64,000 nucleotides of DNA from Bacteroidota bacterium (GTDB lineage Bacteria > Bacteroidota > Bacteroidia > UBA4408), in contig JAZKHE010000002.1 of the NCBI GenBank assembly GCA_040385525.1, positions 855,200 to 919,199 on the forward strand, in the 5' to 3' direction. The notes under the pieces were generated by a model. The model searched no databases and was not told where the DNA came from. It saw nothing but the letters and a program-made list of their open reading frames with translations. Below are positions 62,239 to 64,000 of this stretch, piece by piece (position 1 is the stretch's first letter; each line of letters begins with the position of its first letter). The translations under genes and the position numbers were made by a program.

Positions 62239-62377
62239 TTTAATTTATTTGCTACTATGTGGTTGCAAATATAAACGCAATTATTTGGTTGCGCAAATTT
62301 TTGTAAATATTTTTTTTCAAATCACAAAAAAAACCGAACAATTAGTTCGGTTTTTTTGTAAAATAATTTTATTGAAA

Positions 62378-63607
62378 TTACTTTAAACAATACGATTCTG
62401 CCAAACGTATATCTAACTGAATTTGTGTTAGGTTGCGCATAACAAACTCTAATGGTACTTTATAAAAATTATTTTGCTCCCATGCTAATTGCATTTCTTC
62501 CGAGTTATCTTTTGGTACATAATCTGTATTTAGCAAAATGCTATTTGTAAAGCCATGTTTTTGTTTTAGCACATTTTGCAAAGCCGTAATTTTTGTTTTT
62601 AAATTCAACAAATGGCTTTTTGCTTTTGCATCATCTGTAAACAAAAAACGTGTTGCAAAATCGTAGTTTTGTCCGTAGGTTAAATACAATTCTTCTTCCG
62701 TATACGTTGTATCTGGCGCCAAGCGTTTTAATAAATTTGTTTTAATCGAATCTATTGCAAAGCAAGCTTCATCGCACAGGGTTTTTAATTCTGCTACAGT
62801 CGATTTATTTTTTGTAGAATCGTTGCTTAGCAACTCAAACATTTTTTGATTTTGTTGCGTAGCAAAATTGTAACTTTCTTCTACTTGCTTTATTGCTGTG
62901 TAAGTAATAAAATTCATTTGTCGGCTTGGGCGTAAATTTACAAGCATAAAAAGTAAACCGCCTGCAACCAAAATTAAAATAGAAGTTACAATTGTGTTTA
63001 CTTTATTTTCCGGATTTCTAATTCCACCAAAAAAATAAATGGGTAAAAACAGAAAAAACAAAGTGCTTAAATTAACTGTCATCATTAAGTTTGCGCCAGG
63101 CCAGTGCATAACTTTAAATAGGGCAGAAAGGCAAAATAAAATTCCAATAAATGTTCCTAAACCTAAAATTATTTTGTCTTTAACGGATTTAGATTCTTTT
63201 GTTTTTAATAAAAATAATAAGGGTAAAAAAATAAAACTAATTATAGTAATACCAATTACCAGCATAAATGAAGCACCAGGCCAGTGCATTATTTTAAATA
63301 TAGAGCCTGCAATAAATGCGAATGCAGAAAATGCTCCGCTTAATAACATTACTTTTTTCATGGCGTAGTAGTTTTTAAATGTTAGTAATAAGTTAGTTTC
63401 TTCTTGAATTTCGCGGAGCTCTCGCTTAAAAAAACGAGGTATAACGCTCCGATAATATTCTTCGAAGTTTTTTTCGGGTGGCATTTCGTTTTCAATAACG
63501 CAACATATATGGTCTAAGAGGTTGTACTGCAGATCCTCCGTCTCGATGCCACTACGTCTAATATCATCGAGTATGTACGTTACTTGTTGTTCGGTTAAAA
63601 CAACCAT
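62378..63607 (-). CDS. Hypothetical polytopic membrane protein co-transcribed with PadR; contains an internal sequence duplication
   Basis: 409 aa. Soluble N-terminal ~90 aa, then two TM blocks, each beginning F-K-[IV]-M-H-W-P-G-A. A ~28-nt near-identical DNA repeat at about 63096-63125 and 63276-63305 encodes them. Confidence 0.5.
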   Translation of the reverse strand: MVVLTEQQVTYILDDIRRSGIETEDLQYNLLDHICCVIENEMPPEKNFEEYYRSVIPRFFKRELREIQEETNLLLTFKNYYAMKKVMLLSGAFSAFAFIAGSIFKIMHWPGASFMLVIGITIISFIFLPLLFLLKTKESKSVKDKIILGLGTFIGILFCLSALFKVMHWPGANLMMTVNLSTLFFLFLPIYFFGGIRNPENKVNTIVTSILILVAGGLLFMLVNLRPSRQMNFITYTAIKQVEESYNFATQQNQKMFELLSNDSTKNKSTVAELKTLCDEACFAIDSIKTNLLKRLAPDTTYTEEELYLTYGQNYDFATRFLFTDDAKAKSHLLNLKTKITALQNVLKQKHGFTNSILLNTDYVPKDNSEEMQLAWEQNNFYKVPLEFVMRNLTQIQLDIRLAESYCLK

Positions 63608-63609
63608 GC

Positions 63610-63948
63610 CTAACCCATTTTTGGTTTAAGGTCGAGTAAAAACATCATGGTGTGCATAAAGTCTTCAAACTCGTTTACCTTTTCTTTAGCTACTTGTTTA
63701 CCCGTTTTGGTAACGCTGTAATACTTACGAATACGGTTGCCTACATTAACCGTATGTGTGGTTAATATTCCGTTTGCTTCCATTGCGTGTAATGTAGGGT
63801 ACAACGCACCTTCTGTTAACTGAATTTTACCACCTGTAAGTTCTTTTACCTTTTGGGTAATTTCGTAGCCATACATTTTGTCGTTTTCCGACAGGAGCTT
63901 TAAAACTATAGTTTTTAAGGTTCCTTTTATTAGTTCTGATGAATACAT
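63610..63948 (-). CDS. PadR-family transcriptional regulator
   Basis: 112 aa. Winged-helix GYEITQKVKELTGGKIQLTEGALYPTLHAMEANGIL. Confidence 0.85.
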   Translation of the reverse strand: MYSSELIKGTLKTIVLKLLSENDKMYGYEITQKVKELTGGKIQLTEGALYPTLHAMEANGILTTHTVNVGNRIRKYYSVTKTGKQVAKEKVNEFEDFMHTMMFLLDLKPKMG

Positions 63949-64000
63949 AACGCAAAGGTATACTATTTATTTTATATACATAATATTCTTATGTATTATT

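Overview
AT-rich Bacteroidetes (Flavobacteriia-like) chromosomal window. The core is a conserved translation/transcription backbone, and every gene in it is confidently recognisable by family: rpsU-xerC-hpf, then tRNA-Thr/Tyr/Gly/Thr-tuf-tRNA-Trp-secE-nusG-rplKAJL-rpoBC. Housekeeping genes flank it: ClC channel, two APC permeases, ComEA-like protein, apt, acyl-CoA dehydrogenase, hrpB, pheT, tex, recG, gmk, yicC, glnN (GSIII), rpsF-rpsR-rplI. Several small accessory insertions sit between them. The least explained stretch is 28075-29098, immediately downstream of the rpoC terminator. It holds a tandem array of eight ~90-bp hairpin-forming repeat units, one truncated by insertion of a small GIY-YIG nuclease gene, followed by a short tail-less SSB and an AT-rich orphan membrane protein. 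This is not a CRISPR array. It resembles a REPtron-like nuclease/palindromic-repeat association, but with a GIY-YIG nuclease instead of a RAYT transposase. Other accessory content: a type IV AbiEi/AbiEii abortive-infection pair immediately followed by a HigB/HigA module, with palindromic operators upstream. Two paralogous stress-response gene clusters of SRPBCC, DoxX, YdeI and VOC proteins, one under an ArsR regulator. A two-copy REP-like dual-hairpin intergenic element. A partial secreted M4 metalloprotease with PKD/GEVED domains at the window start, running off the 5' edge.
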